Both the position numbers and the translations under genes were made by a program. The notes beneath the pieces are model-generated. The model searched no databases and was not told the origin of the DNA. It saw only the letters and a program-made list of their open reading frames with translations. A stretch of DNA of 62,582 bases, the filler included. It is 5 parts of 5 records of this genome, joined end to end, with 100 filler letters (N's around TTAATTAATTAA, not from the genome) between each part and the next. Parts side by side here need not be neighbours in the genome. Positions count along the whole stretch, not along the records: positions 43,456 to 56,633 come from SRR20825006_2566; positions 56,734 to 62,582 come from SRR20825006_2572; 3 more parts are not named here. One strand, 5' to 3'. Position 1 is the stretch's first letter; every line of letters begins with the position of its first letter. Below are positions 47,295 through 58,206 of the stretch, in pieces.

Positions 47295-49574
47295 TTATTT
47301 CTCTTCTTCGGTAATAATTTCAGCTTTAGGAACCGAGCTATCATATTGATCATTATAAAGCTCTAAAAGATTCATAGTAGCCACTACAAGGTCTTTAGTC
47401 TCTGTTAATAAGCTGAAATAAAGCGAAGTGTTTTTTGGACTCGATTCTTCCGTACGAGTTCTAGAAATTTGTTTTTCAATTTTCTTACTCACACTTTTTA
47501 ATAAACCTTCTTTTTCTTTAAGAATAGAGCTAATATCGTCAAAAGTACGTGCATCAAAGGTCTTTTTGATGTTTTTAAATAAAGACTGAATATCATTCTG
47601 AAGGTCTAATAATTCTCGAGTTTGATTAAACTTTAGCTTTTTATGATTGTTATTTACGTGCTTGTAAGACGATTTTCCTATGTACTCTAAAGATTGAGCC
47701 ATGTCTTGAAGATAGCCTAAAACATTAATGTAAAAATGACTAGCACCAACGCTAGATTCATCTAAATTTTTAATAAAATAGAATACACTTTCTTGCAATT
47801 CATCAATCTCAGAAGTTAGTTTATCATTTCCTTTCTTAGATTTTTTGAGCTGTTTTAAATCTTCTTTTGAGAGACCAGTAATAGCATCTGTATAAATTTT
47901 ATAAGATCTATTAGCTACCGCTCCAATGTTGTCTGCACTTTCCTCAATAACCCCTTGGATAGAGCTGCTCTCTGCTCTATTTAGGCTGTCTTCTTCTTTT
48001 ATTCCGCTAGATTTCTTTTTGTAGTTAATATAATTTCTTACTAAAAGAACAATTGCGAAGAATAATAAAATAGCAATTGCTGCTGGCCCACCAATGTATA
48101 TTAAGTATGCCATAGTAGCCGCTGCAATAAATGCAGAAAAGGCTGTAAAAAACCATCCGCCAATAACATTAAAAACTCCAGCTACACGGTAAACTGCACT
48201 TTCACGCCCCCAAGCTCTATCTGCCAAAGAAGACCCCATTGCAACCATAAAAGTTACATAAGTTGTAGATAAAGGTAATTTCATTGAAGTGGCAATAGAA
48301 ATTAAAATACCAGCAATCATTAAGTTTACCGAAGCTCTAATTAAATCGAAGGCAGGAGCTTCGTGGTTTTTATCTTTACCAGTTTCTACTGCTGGTTTTT
48401 CAAATTGGGCATTTAGTTTGCGTTGCGTTTCTTTTGGTAATAATAAGTTGATGCCTTGACTAGTTTTTGTAGAAGCTCTAACAACCCATCTAGATAATAA
48501 ATTAGGCTGAAATTTCTCTTTTCCTTCGTTCTGTCTAGAAAGTCTAATTTCTGTTTCAGCAACAGATCTAGCTTTTTTAGAAAACCATAGTGTTAACACC
48601 ATTATTCCTCCTGCAATAAAAAGTAATAGTGGTTCTGTTGGTACTTTTTCTGCAAGAGAACCCATGGCAAATTGATCTGGTGCAACGCCAGAAACCGACC
48701 AAGCTTCATAAGAGTGATAAGCTGCCATTGGAACCCCAATAAAGTTTACCAAATCGTTACCAGAAAAAGCCAATGCAAGTCCAAAAGTCCCCATTGCTAT
48801 TACTATAATGAGGATGTTTCTTTTGAAGATTTTCATGTATAACTGTGAGAATAATGTCCAGAAGATAAAACTTCCTATTAGAACAAAAATCTCATTTCCT
48901 TCTGTAATTTCTTTAATGTTACTGTAATAAGGAGTTCCTTTTAGTCCTTTCATAAAAATGAAATAGGTAATTCCTGTTAAAGCGAATCCACCGAAAAGAG
49001 CTCCAAAATGCTTCATCTTTTTTTCATAATGAAAAGAAAATATAAGTCTGGATATAAACTGAACAATTGCACCAACTGTAAAAGCAATAACTACGGAGAG
49101 TAAAATCCCAGAGATAATTACAAGAGCTTGATCTGAGTTTATGTATTTTGATAAATCGGCTAGTGTTTCGGTGTCTGATGCGCCAATTTTTATTAATGCT
49201 ACTGCTACTGCGGCTCCTAATAATTCAAAAACAATAGAAACTGTTGTAGAAGTTGGCATTCCTAAAGTATTGAAAAAGTCGAGTAATAGAATATCTGTAA
49301 TCATTACAGCCATGAAAATAATCATGATCTCATTAAACATAAATTCTTTAGGAATAAAGATCCCTTTACGGGCAACTTCCATCATTCCGCTAGAAAAAAC
49401 AGCTCCGATAAAAATTCCTAAACTGGCAATTATCATTATAGATTTAAACGAAATTGCTTTAGAACCTATTGCAGAATTTAAGAAGTTAACGGCATCGTTG
49501 CTAACTCCTACAACAAGGTCGGCTATAGCAAGAATTGCCAAAGCTACAATCATTAATAAGTAGATATTCTCCAT
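47295..49574 (-). CDS. Inorganic phosphate transporter (PiT/PHO4) with C-terminal PhoU-like helical domain
   Basis: GVSNDAVNF, GMPTSTT, GNDLVNF, PLSTTYV motifs; long soluble C-terminus. Confidence 0.85.
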   Translation of the reverse strand: MENIYLLMIVALAILAIADLVVGVSNDAVNFLNSAIGSKAISFKSIMIIASLGIFIGAVFSSGMMEVARKGIFIPKEFMFNEIMIIFMAVMITDILLLDFFNTLGMPTSTTVSIVFELLGAAVAVALIKIGASDTETLADLSKYINSDQALVIISGILLSVVIAFTVGAIVQFISRLIFSFHYEKKMKHFGALFGGFALTGITYFIFMKGLKGTPYYSNIKEITEGNEIFVLIGSFIFWTLFSQLYMKIFKRNILIIVIAMGTFGLALAFSGNDLVNFIGVPMAAYHSYEAWSVSGVAPDQFAMGSLAEKVPTEPLLLFIAGGIMVLTLWFSKKARSVAETEIRLSRQNEGKEKFQPNLLSRWVVRASTKTSQGINLLLPKETQRKLNAQFEKPAVETGKDKNHEAPAFDLIRASVNLMIAGILISIATSMKLPLSTTYVTFMVAMGSSLADRAWGRESAVYRVAGVFNVIGGWFFTAFSAFIAAATMAYLIYIGGPAAIAILLFFAIVLLVRNYINYKKKSSGIKEEDSLNRAESSSIQGVIEESADNIGAVANRSYKIYTDAITGLSKEDLKQLKKSKKGNDKLTSEIDELQESVFYFIKNLDESSVGASHFYINVLGYLQDMAQSLEYIGKSSYKHVNNNHKKLKFNQTRELLDLQNDIQSLFKNIKKTFDARTFDDISSILKEKEGLLKSVSKKIEKQISRTRTEESSPKNTSLYFSLLTETKDLVVATMNLLELYNDQYDSSVPKAEIITEEEK

Positions 49575-49669
49575 AACATCAAATATAATTATTCTTATTT
49601 ATATAACTACTTACCATTCAGTTTTTTACAAGCAAGTAGTCTATTGTCTTGATACTAAGTATCAAATAT

Positions 49670-49707
49670 TTTTACTCGATAATCGAGATTTAAATGCCCC
49701 AAGGCAG
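49670..49707. repeat. REP-like repeat copy
   Basis: TTTTACTCGATAATCGAGATTT identical to 56555-56576; degenerate copy near 44162-44185. Confidence 0.7.
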
Positions 49708-49716
49708 TTTACTATT

Positions 49717-50919
49717 TTAAAAATGAACCTCAATTTGTAGTCTAGCTAGAAGCTGATTGCTATCTTCAACTATTGATAAATAGCTAAAATCTGTCTGAAC
49801 TTTTAGTTTATGACCAACAATGTATTTTGAAATTCCTAATGTATATTGGTTTTCTGTGCTTTTTAAAGTTAACGATCTGTCTAGATCTATATTAGTATAA
49901 CGGGTACTTACTTCCCAGTTATTTTTAAATAAATATCCAGTTTGTAAATTTAAGCCATTTCCTACAGCTACAATGTCTCCTGTTAAACTTCCGTCAGAAT
50001 TTTTTGCAATAGGGTCATCGGCATTTCTATCGGCATATTCTCCCATAAAAGAAAAACCATTATATTTAAAAACAACATCTACAAATAGTGTAGAAATATC
50101 TGTTTGATATTCTCCAACATCATTTTGCATAAAAGTCCCCATATTACTACGTGTTTTTATAGCATCATCATTAAAATCGTAGGTGGCGGCAACCATAAGT
50201 TTCGGTTTTTCTTCTCTTTTTAAGGCTGAGCCTTGGTATTCGTTATTACCTTTAAAGGCTCCAAAAGGAAGTAATTCAAGTCGACTAGTATATTGATAGC
50301 CTCCTTTATTTCCTACGGTTACATTTCTTCCTTCTCCTTGAGAAAATGCAAAGCTCTCTCTTATTAAAAAATTAGGAGTAGCGTACCAAAAGTGTCTTAG
50401 TTGTGCTCCAATGTCTCTGTCAATATTGAACTGTGCATTTAGAAGAGAACGATCTACAAATTGAAGATTCCCAGAAGAGATTACACGCTCTACGTTTCCA
50501 GGAAGCTTTGTTTGTCCAGCCCAAAGGCTAAAGTTTTTATAAAAATTCCATTTAATTAAGGCATCGTATATGTATCTAGGCGTGTTATTAGTGTAAATAG
50601 AACCGCCAGAAATATCCCTGTTGGATAAACCGATTTCAATTTTGTACGTAAGTTTTTTACTGAGAATGAAGCCGTCAAATTTTAAACGGGCTCTACGAAT
50701 TAAAAAATTGGTTTCAGAATTGTTTATCTCACCATTCGCTTCGTTCCATGTAGCGGTGCCTAGCAACTGCATTCTAGTAGCGAATTTCATACTCCATGTG
50801 CTGTCTTTTCCAACGATATTTAAAATTCCTTTACCAAAGCGTGGTGCTTTGATTTCTTGTGCATTCAATAGACTGCATGAGAAACCAAACAGCAATGACG
50901 CTGTTAATAAATATTTCAT
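49717..50919 (-). CDS. Phosphate-selective porin (OprO/OprP-like)
   Basis: Signal peptide, FLIRRARLKFDG, GQTKLP, DRDIG, C-terminal F; upstream of the phosphate transporter. Confidence 0.8.
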   Translation of the reverse strand: MKYLLTASLLFGFSCSLLNAQEIKAPRFGKGILNIVGKDSTWSMKFATRMQLLGTATWNEANGEINNSETNFLIRRARLKFDGFILSKKLTYKIEIGLSNRDISGGSIYTNNTPRYIYDALIKWNFYKNFSLWAGQTKLPGNVERVISSGNLQFVDRSLLNAQFNIDRDIGAQLRHFWYATPNFLIRESFAFSQGEGRNVTVGNKGGYQYTSRLELLPFGAFKGNNEYQGSALKREEKPKLMVAATYDFNDDAIKTRSNMGTFMQNDVGEYQTDISTLFVDVVFKYNGFSFMGEYADRNADDPIAKNSDGSLTGDIVAVGNGLNLQTGYLFKNNWEVSTRYTNIDLDRSLTLKSTENQYTLGISKYIVGHKLKVQTDFSYLSIVEDSNQLLARLQIEVHF

Positions 50920-51248
50920 TTCCTTCTTAGTTTTTGTCGCTGCAAAGAACAGATTGTAATGTTAAGAAATTGTTTCCTGAATATTATATAATTAAGAATA
51001 ATATACAAAAAAAGAGGCTGCCTTTTCAGACAGCCTCGCATATTTCGGTAACTAAGTCGACAAAAACTAAAAGCTAATGAAATATCTATATGTTTAAACA
51101 ATACTGCAAAAATCAATTTTTAGGTTGAATACAATGTAAATAAATAATTAAGTTAGTATTAATTTTAGCTAATATTAGAGTTATTATTTTTAAAAAGTTT
51201 CTTTTTTTAACCATTCTCTACAGTATCTTGCAAGTCTAAATTTGTAGT

Positions 51249-52589
51249 ATGAATTGGGAACAATTACTCTCGCTTAAAAGGTTTAACGACACGCATAAAA
51301 GACTTCGAAAAGAACAAGATGAAACCCGTTTGGGGTTTGAAGTTGATTATGACAGAATTATATTTTCTTCTGCTTTTAGAAGTTTACAAGATAAAACGCA
51401 GGTAATTCCGCTTTCTAAAACAGACTTTGTGCATACTAGACTTACCCATAGTTTGGAAGTATCTGTGGTAGGGAGAAGTTTAGGAAGAGCAGTAGGGAAG
51501 GCAATTTTAGAAAAACATCCTTATTTGGCAGAGGTGCATGGGTACAAGTTTAACGATTTTGGGGCAATTGTTGCCGCTGCCGCGCTTTCTCATGATATTG
51601 GGAATCCTCCTTTTGGACATAGTGGAGAAAAAGCTATTGGGGAGTATTTTAAGAATGGAAAAGGAGAAAAATACAAATCGCAATTAACCGATAAAGAGTA
51701 TCAGGACTTGATAGATTTTGAAGGTAATGCTAATGGATTTAAAATTTTAACTGAAACTCGTAAAGGAATTATCGGTGGTTTACGATTAAGCTATGCTACT
51801 CTCGGAGCTTTCATGAAATACCCTAAACAATCCCTTCCAAAGAAACCTACTGGTAAAATAGCGGATAAAAAGTTTGGATTTTTTCAATCTGAGAGGCCTG
51901 TTTTTGAAGATGTAGCAAATGAATTAGGACTTTTACAAACTAGAACTGGAGAAGAGTTATCCTATGCTCGGCATCCATTAACATTTTTAGTAGAAGCTGC
52001 AGACGATATTTGTTATACTATTATAGATTTTGAAGACGGAATAAATCTAGGGTTAATCCAAGAAGAATATGCGTTGGAATATCTTATAAAACTTGTTAAA
52101 GATTCTATTAATACCGATAAATACCATTCTCTTACTACAAAAGAAGATAGACTTGGTTATTTAAGAGCACTTTCTATTAACACATTAATTGCCGATGCAA
52201 CTAGGGTCTTTATTGAAAATGAAGACGCTATTTTAAAAGGAGATTTTCATGTTTCACTACTAGAAAAATCTAAATATAAAGCGCAAATAGAAGATATTAT
52301 TAGCTTAAGTGTGGAAAATATATATCGAAGTAATGAAGTGCTTCAGAAAGAAATAGTAGGATATAAAATTATAAATCAGCTTTTAGATGTTTTTTGCGGG
52401 GCTGTTATGAGAACAAGTGAAGATTGTGCTACCAATTATGATAAACTTATATTGAATTTACTTCCTGAAAAGTATAAAATAACTACGGGAGGGTATGAGT
52501 CTTTACTTTCTGTTACGCAATTTGTTGCTGGCTTAACAGATGGAAATGCACTTTTGATTTTCAATAAAATAAATGGAAACTTGGTTTAG
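51249..52589 (+). CDS. dgt: Deoxyguanosine triphosphate triphosphohydrolase (HD superfamily)
   Basis: FRSLQDKTQV, HTRLTHSLEV, HDIGNPPFGHSGE, FEGNANG, EAADDICY. Confidence 0.93.
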   Translation: MNWEQLLSLKRFNDTHKRLRKEQDETRLGFEVDYDRIIFSSAFRSLQDKTQVIPLSKTDFVHTRLTHSLEVSVVGRSLGRAVGKAILEKHPYLAEVHGYKFNDFGAIVAAAALSHDIGNPPFGHSGEKAIGEYFKNGKGEKYKSQLTDKEYQDLIDFEGNANGFKILTETRKGIIGGLRLSYATLGAFMKYPKQSLPKKPTGKIADKKFGFFQSERPVFEDVANELGLLQTRTGEELSYARHPLTFLVEAADDICYTIIDFEDGINLGLIQEEYALEYLIKLVKDSINTDKYHSLTTKEDRLGYLRALSINTLIADATRVFIENEDAILKGDFHVSLLEKSKYKAQIEDIISLSVENIYRSNEVLQKEIVGYKIINQLLDVFCGAVMRTSEDCATNYDKLILNLLPEKYKITTGGYESLLSVTQFVAGLTDGNALLIFNKINGNLV

Positions 52590-52679
52590 TTGTAGCTCAT
52601 TTACCTTAATGTAGAACTTATCTACATGCATAATCAGAGCACGTGCTTTGAGAAATTAAAATCCTCTATCTATGAGGGA

Positions 52680-53708
52680 TTAAAAATTATAAATAACTCC
52701 TACGCCCAACGATTGTTTAAATTGAATTCGGGGGCCATAAGTAATTTTTTCACTTGTATTTGGATTTTCAATTTCTTCAAACTTAATATCGTTATCGTAA
52801 ATAAGTTGGGTGCCTATATTTGCCACCACATAGTCATTTACTTTAAATTCTACGTCTATTAACCAGTTAATATCTATATTTCCGAAGCTGTTCAAATAAT
52901 CGCTATATAATGTTAATCTATTAGAGAGAAACATGTCTTCGTAAATTTTAGTTTGATAGGAGTTGGTTATTAAAAAACCTAATTCTGTAACTATATTTTT
53001 ACCATCTTTTATTTTTACTCCATTAGCGTCGTAAATTGCTTTGTCAACACCAAATGCTCCTTGGTCGGCTAAATCTTGATCCAATACAATAGTTGATTTT
53101 TGAGTTATTGGAGAGATGTATAATTTAAAATCTTTATTTTCAGGAGAAAATTCACTACCAAAACCGAAGAGGAAATACCCCGGTGCCATAAATCCTGAAA
53201 TTGGGTCATCGGTATTTGGATATTTATAACCGTTGGAAAATTGAGTGTTAAAGTTTGCTTTGGCAGAGAAATACCAGCTTGATAAATCTTCCATTCTAAA
53301 GCCTAAGGTGGAATTTACTGCAAAAGCATCTTCTGTTTTACGTATTTTTTGACCTTCTTGTACATTCAAACCATAACGCATAATCATTTCGTTATTCCAC
53401 TGTACTTTTTCATGCTTATAATTTCTTTCGAATTGTGCATTTCCCAAACCGCTAATAGAATTGTTTCCCCCGGCACTCCAGTTTACAAAAGCAATTTCGC
53501 TAATATTAACACCTATTTTATTAATGCGCTTCCATCTTGGAGGTAGCGGCTTATATTCTTTTATAATTTTGGATAAATTAACGGTGTCCTTTCCAGAAAT
53601 AATAAAAACTTCTTTAGTTCTTGAATTGGTATAAACATGTTGGTCGTCATCTTGTGCTTGAGCCAACGTTAAGAACATGAAAAAGAAGAGAATGAAAGAA
53701 ATTCTCAT
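52680..53708 (-). CDS. DUF3078-family outer membrane protein
   Basis: Signal peptide, FVNWSAGG, RKTED, FNTQFSNGY, FMAPGY, terminal YNF. Confidence 0.75.
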   Translation of the reverse strand: MRISFILFFFMFLTLAQAQDDDQHVYTNSRTKEVFIISGKDTVNLSKIIKEYKPLPPRWKRINKIGVNISEIAFVNWSAGGNNSISGLGNAQFERNYKHEKVQWNNEMIMRYGLNVQEGQKIRKTEDAFAVNSTLGFRMEDLSSWYFSAKANFNTQFSNGYKYPNTDDPISGFMAPGYFLFGFGSEFSPENKDFKLYISPITQKSTIVLDQDLADQGAFGVDKAIYDANGVKIKDGKNIVTELGFLITNSYQTKIYEDMFLSNRLTLYSDYLNSFGNIDINWLIDVEFKVNDYVVANIGTQLIYDNDIKFEEIENPNTSEKITYGPRIQFKQSLGVGVIYNF

Positions 53709-53760
53709 TTTAAAACTTGAATATTAGTTAGGTTATACAAAAATGGTAAAAAAAGCTATC

Positions 53761-55530
53761 TTATAAAAATTTATTAATTTGATATGCAATACTCTCAGGA
53801 TCTGTACCTGCAATTTGCTGTAGTTCTTCAACGGTTCCTTGCTCAATAAATTGTTCGGGAACTCCTAAGAATTTAATCTTTTTTGTGTAATTATTAATAA
53901 CAGCAAATTCGGCTATGGCGCTTCCCATCCCACCTTTTAAAACCCCATCTTCAACGGTAATGATGGTTTTATATTTGGTAAAAATTTGATGCAGCATTTC
54001 TTTATCTAAGGGTGCAATAAACCTTAAATCGTAATGAGCAATTTTATCGGTTTCTGTGCTTTCAATCGCTTTTGTTACATTTTTAGCCATATTACCTATG
54101 CTAATAACGGCAATTTCACTTCCTTCTTTTAGTAAAACACCTTTTCCAATCTCAATTTTTGTAAATGGTTGTTTCCAATCTAAGGTAACACCCCTACCGC
54201 GTGGATACCTTATGGCTATTGGAAAGTCCAATCCCAATTGAGCGGTATACATTATGTTGCGAAGTTCAACCTCATTTCGAGGTGCGAAGATGATGAGATT
54301 TGGAATGCATCTTAAATAAGCAATATCAAAAACACCATGGTGTGTTGCTCCGTCTTCTCCCACCAGTCCAGCTCGATCCAAACAAAAAATTACAGGGAGT
54401 TTTTGCAGAGCTACATCATGTACAACTTGGTCATATGCGCGTTGTAGAAAGGTTGAGTAAATATTGCAAAAAGGAATTAAACCTTGGGTTGCCATTCCAG
54501 CAGCTAAGGTAACTGCGTGTTGTTCTGCAATTCCAACATCAAAGGCTCTTTCTGGAAATTGTTCCATCATGTATTTTAAAGAGCTTCCAGTAGGCATAGC
54601 AGGAGTAATTCCAACAATTTTCTCATTCTTTTTTGCAAGCTCTATAATGGTGCTTCCAAATACGTCTTGATATTTTGGAGGCTGTTTAACGTTGGGTTTT
54701 ATTATGAGTTCGCCAGTTAGTTTGTCAAATTTTCCTGGTGCATGGTATTTTACTTGGTCTTCTTCTGCTTTTTTTAAGCCTTTTCCTTTAGTGGTGATAA
54801 CATGTAAAAACTTTGGTCCTTTTATTTTTTTTAAACGTTCTAATTCTTTTAAAAGGCGTGGTAAATTATGACCATCTATTGGGCCTCTGTAATCAAAGTT
54901 TAATGCTTTGATGATATTATTTTTAGCAAGCTGTCGGTCTTTTTTTACATTGGTAAGATATTCTTTAAGAGCACCAACACTTGGGTCAATTCCTATAGCA
55001 TTATCATTTAAAATAATGAGTAAATTGGCATTGCTAACTCCTGCATGATTTAGTGCCTCAAAAGCCATTCCGCTCGCAATAGAAGCATCTCCAATAACTG
55101 CAATATGTTGTTTTTCGGTTTCGCCTTTTAGGTTTGATGCCATTGCCATTCCAAGCGCTGCTGAAATGGAAGTGGAGCTGTGTCCAACCCCAAAAGTATC
55201 GTATTTGCTTTCCTCTCGCTTTGGAAACCCGCTGATGCCATTTAATTGTCTATTAGTGTGGAAGATTGATTTTCTGCCAGTTAAAATTTTATGACCATAG
55301 GCTTGGTGACCAACATCCCAAATTAATTGATCTGCGGGAGTGTTAAAAACATAATGTAGTGCAATGGTAAGTTCTACCACGCCTAAACTCGCTCCTAAGT
55401 GCCCTTCTTTTGTTGCAACAATATCAATAATAAAATCTCGCAATTCTTTTGCTAAAAGGGGAAGCTCTTCTTTGTTTAATTTCCGAAGATCTTCAGGGAG
55501 GGTAATGTTGTCTAACAGCGTTTGCTTCAT
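53761..55530 (-). CDS. dxs: 1-deoxy-D-xylulose-5-phosphate synthase
   Basis: GHLGASLGVVEL, WDVGHQAYGHK, DVGIAEQHA, YSTFLQRAYDQ; ATG at 55530. Confidence 0.96.
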   Translation of the reverse strand: MKQTLLDNITLPEDLRKLNKEELPLLAKELRDFIIDIVATKEGHLGASLGVVELTIALHYVFNTPADQLIWDVGHQAYGHKILTGRKSIFHTNRQLNGISGFPKREESKYDTFGVGHSSTSISAALGMAMASNLKGETEKQHIAVIGDASIASGMAFEALNHAGVSNANLLIILNDNAIGIDPSVGALKEYLTNVKKDRQLAKNNIIKALNFDYRGPIDGHNLPRLLKELERLKKIKGPKFLHVITTKGKGLKKAEEDQVKYHAPGKFDKLTGELIIKPNVKQPPKYQDVFGSTIIELAKKNEKIVGITPAMPTGSSLKYMMEQFPERAFDVGIAEQHAVTLAAGMATQGLIPFCNIYSTFLQRAYDQVVHDVALQKLPVIFCLDRAGLVGEDGATHHGVFDIAYLRCIPNLIIFAPRNEVELRNIMYTAQLGLDFPIAIRYPRGRGVTLDWKQPFTKIEIGKGVLLKEGSEIAVISIGNMAKNVTKAIESTETDKIAHYDLRFIAPLDKEMLHQIFTKYKTIITVEDGVLKGGMGSAIAEFAVINNYTKKIKFLGVPEQFIEQGTVEELQQIAGTDPESIAYQINKFL

Positions 55531-55862
55531 CTTACAAAAATACAAACAAAGCATTATTATTTTGCATAATTTGTCTCTAAGTTCAATGCCTTAGTTGTAA
55601 GCTTTTATTAGCTGAAGTTGAATTTGATTTTTTTATTTGAAGCTCTATTGAAGGATTTATTTTAAAAAGGAGTCATCACCAAAAAGAAAATGAATAAAGC
55701 AAAGGTTTTATAGTAATTTCAGTTTAGTCTTTTCTCTTTTTTCTTACAACGAAGCGGTCTTATTTCTTTGTCCAGATTGTACTGTATATTTATATGAAAT
55801 ATTGAAATAAATACTTGTTCTTGCTGAAAAATATTTTTATTTCAAATTGTATCTTTGTTTTT

Positions 55863-56312
55863 ATGATAGAACCTTTTGACGATTCCTATTTTATGAAAAA
55901 AGCCATGCAGGAAGCGGAAGCTGCTTTTGATAGTGGTGAAATTCCTGTTGGGGCTGTAGTAGTGGTAGATAATAGGATTATTGCTCGTGCACATAATCTT
56001 ACGGAAACCTTAAACGATGTTACAGCCCATGCCGAGATGCAGGCAATTACTGCTGCTGCCAATTTTTTAGGCGGGAAATACTTAACGGGTTGTACGCTTT
56101 ATGTTACTTTGGAACCCTGCCAAATGTGTGCTGGAGCCTTGTATTGGAGTCAGATTAGTAAAATTGTTTATGGTGCAACCGACGAAAACCGTGGGTTTAA
56201 AATTATGGGGACAAAATTACATCCCAAAACTGAAGTTGTTTCTGGTGTAATGGAGCAAGAAGCGTCAAGCTTGATGAAACGTTTTTTTATTGAAAAACGT
56301 AATTTGAACTAA
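55863..56312 (+). CDS. tadA: tRNA adenosine deaminase / nucleoside deaminase
   Basis: GEIPVGAV, TAHAEM, TLEPCQMC zinc motif; TATCTTTG -7 element at 55850-55857 supports ATG 55863. Confidence 0.88.
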   Translation: MIEPFDDSYFMKKAMQEAEAAFDSGEIPVGAVVVVDNRIIARAHNLTETLNDVTAHAEMQAITAAANFLGGKYLTGCTLYVTLEPCQMCAGALYWSQISKIVYGATDENRGFKIMGTKLHPKTEVVSGVMEQEASSLMKRFFIEKRNLN

Positions 56313-56554
56313 TGTGACCATAGACTATTAATAGATGGCATTTAACTATTGGTTTGTCTGTTAGTCTATTGTATTGAGGAATTTTTAGTTGAATGTTACT
56401 AGGAAGACTTCTTTTTCTTCAAAAGAATAAGATTAAAAATGCTAATACTAAAAGCGGTTATCAGGAAAGAGACTCCAATAATTCTATTTTTCAGTATAAA
56501 AAAACTAAGCACTCCTAATACTATAAATATTATTGTGAGTGTAAACATTACATA

Positions 56555-56633
56555 TTTTACTCGATAATCGAGATTTCAATACTCCGAAGCTTGCCTCGAA
56601 ATGTTTTTTAGTTTTTTCTTCTAATGCCTCGTG
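56555..56633. repeat. REP-like repeat cluster at contig end
   Basis: TTTTACTCGATAATCGAGATTT + ATACTCCGAAGCTTGCCTCG + terminal ATGCCTCGTG. Confidence 0.65.
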
Positions 56634-56733
56634 NNNNNNNNNNNNNNNNNNNNNNNNNNNNNNNNNNNNNNNNNNNNTTAATTAATTAANNNNNNNNNNN
56701 NNNNNNNNNNNNNNNNNNNNNNNNNNNNNNNNN
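56634..56733. other. Artificial contig linker
   Basis: N44-TTAATTAATTAA-N44. Confidence 0.99.
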
Positions 56734-56961
56734 AAGCTGCGGAATGGTCGGCCAGTTCGAGAAGTCCTTGATGCCCTGACGGATTGCCGGGTCGACCAGA
56801 ACGTTGATGTCCTTGAAAGGCGCGCCGAGTTCGGCAAGGACCTGAACGACTGCGGCCGAGAAACCGCATTGCGGGAACATCGAGGTGCCCTTCATGAACA
56901 GAACGACGTCGTTGTCGTTGATGTCTTTCTGGATGCGATCAAAAACCGGATTGTCGGTCAT
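56734..56961 (-). CDS. grxD: Monothiol glutaredoxin Grx4, 3' truncated
   Basis: VVLFMKG..FPQCGFS, WPTIPQL. Confidence 0.93.
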
Positions 56962-57058
56962 GTTGGTTGTCCTTGGCTGCAAAGGCGGCGATCTCTCTGC
57001 CGCGATATTTCAGGTTATGGTTTTATGGCCGAAGATATGGCTGGAAGGGGCGGTTCTG

Positions 57059-57967
57059 TCAACTCTTGCGGCGTAATTGCCGTGCAGTCCGCAAATTATC
57101 CCAGGTGAAAATGCCAAGTCCGATCCAGACCAGCGCGTAAGTTATCATATGCGCCTGGGTAAAAGTTTCGCCGAGCAAGAGAACCGCAACAAAGAACTGG
57201 ATCGTCGGATTCAGATACTGCATCAGGCCAAGCGCGGAAAATTTCATGTTCCGGGCAGCAAAGGCAAACAGCACCAGCGGAATGGTTGTGACAGCGCCCA
57301 GCGACACCAGCAGGGCATCATGGCCAATCCCCAGATTGGTGAAGGCCATGGTGCCCGATGCATTCAGCCAGACCAGATAGCCAAATGCCACCGGCGACAG
57401 CAGCAGGCATTCGACAAACAGACCGGCAATCGGATCGGCCGGAACAAATTTGCGGATGACGCCATAAAAGCCGAACAGCAACGACAGGCTAAGCGCAATC
57501 CACGGCAGTGATCCGAAAAACACCAGAAGGTTCAGAACCCCGGCAAAGCAGATCAGTACCGAGACGATCTGAATGCGATTAAGCTTCTCGCCAAAGAAGA
57601 TGCGACCAAGGATCAGCATGATCAGCGGCATGATGTAATAGCCAAGGCTGGCTTCAAGCGCATGTCCGATATGAACCGACCAGATATAGATCACCCAGTT
57701 CCCGGCGATCAGCAGGCTGCTTATGAATAACAGTCCCATGGTGCGCCTAGACGACAGCAGGTCCCACAATCGCGCACGACGTTTCAGGACAAAAACCAGT
57801 GTCAATGTCAGGATCGCCGACCATAGGATGCGATGGGCGAGAATTTCAAACGGGCTCGCGAAATCGATGATTTTGAAATAGAAGCCCAGAAAGCCCCAGA
57901 TGACAAAGGCACCAAGCCCCGCTAGCGGTCCGGCACCGATCAAAGCCGGTTTTTGGGATGAGGACAT
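57059..57967 (-). CDS. rarD: RarD / EamA-family permease
   Basis: EILAHRILWS, EASLGYYI-PL, LGLMQYLNP; multiple TM helices; start may extend to 58000. Confidence 0.9.
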   Translation of the reverse strand: MSSSQKPALIGAGPLAGLGAFVIWGFLGFYFKIIDFASPFEILAHRILWSAILTLTLVFVLKRRARLWDLLSSRRTMGLLFISSLLIAGNWVIYIWSVHIGHALEASLGYYIMPLIMLILGRIFFGEKLNRIQIVSVLICFAGVLNLLVFFGSLPWIALSLSLLFGFYGVIRKFVPADPIAGLFVECLLLSPVAFGYLVWLNASGTMAFTNLGIGHDALLVSLGAVTTIPLVLFAFAARNMKFSALGLMQYLNPTIQFFVAVLLLGETFTQAHMITYALVWIGLGIFTWDNLRTARQLRRKS

Positions 57968-58206
57968 CGTTATTGAACCATGGTCATTTTGTGGGGCCAA
58001 ACGGCAGGTGCCCGATGGGCGGAACGATATTCAAGCCTGAACCGGAGCGGAAACCCGGATATTGATCCGGGTTCGAATACGGGTAGTCATTCTGGTCTGG
58101 GTCGGGAATTATCAAGGGCACCGAAGCTGATCGGTGCCCGTAATTTTCTGGCGGCCTTGCAAGGATGGTGGCAAACGCAAGGCGGTCCCGTGCGTGCGGC
58201 CGGAAC

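Noticed and set aside
51249-52589. dGTPase as an anti-phage nucleotide-depletion system
   Set aside because: It sits among housekeeping genes (DUF3078, dxs, tadA, phosphate porin) on a different contig from the island; most consistent with ordinary dgt.
15065-56733. Four recurring TTAATTAATTAA palindromes within N runs
   Set aside because: Identical 100-bp artificial linkers with six-frame stops; not biological. Gene adjacency across them is meaningless.
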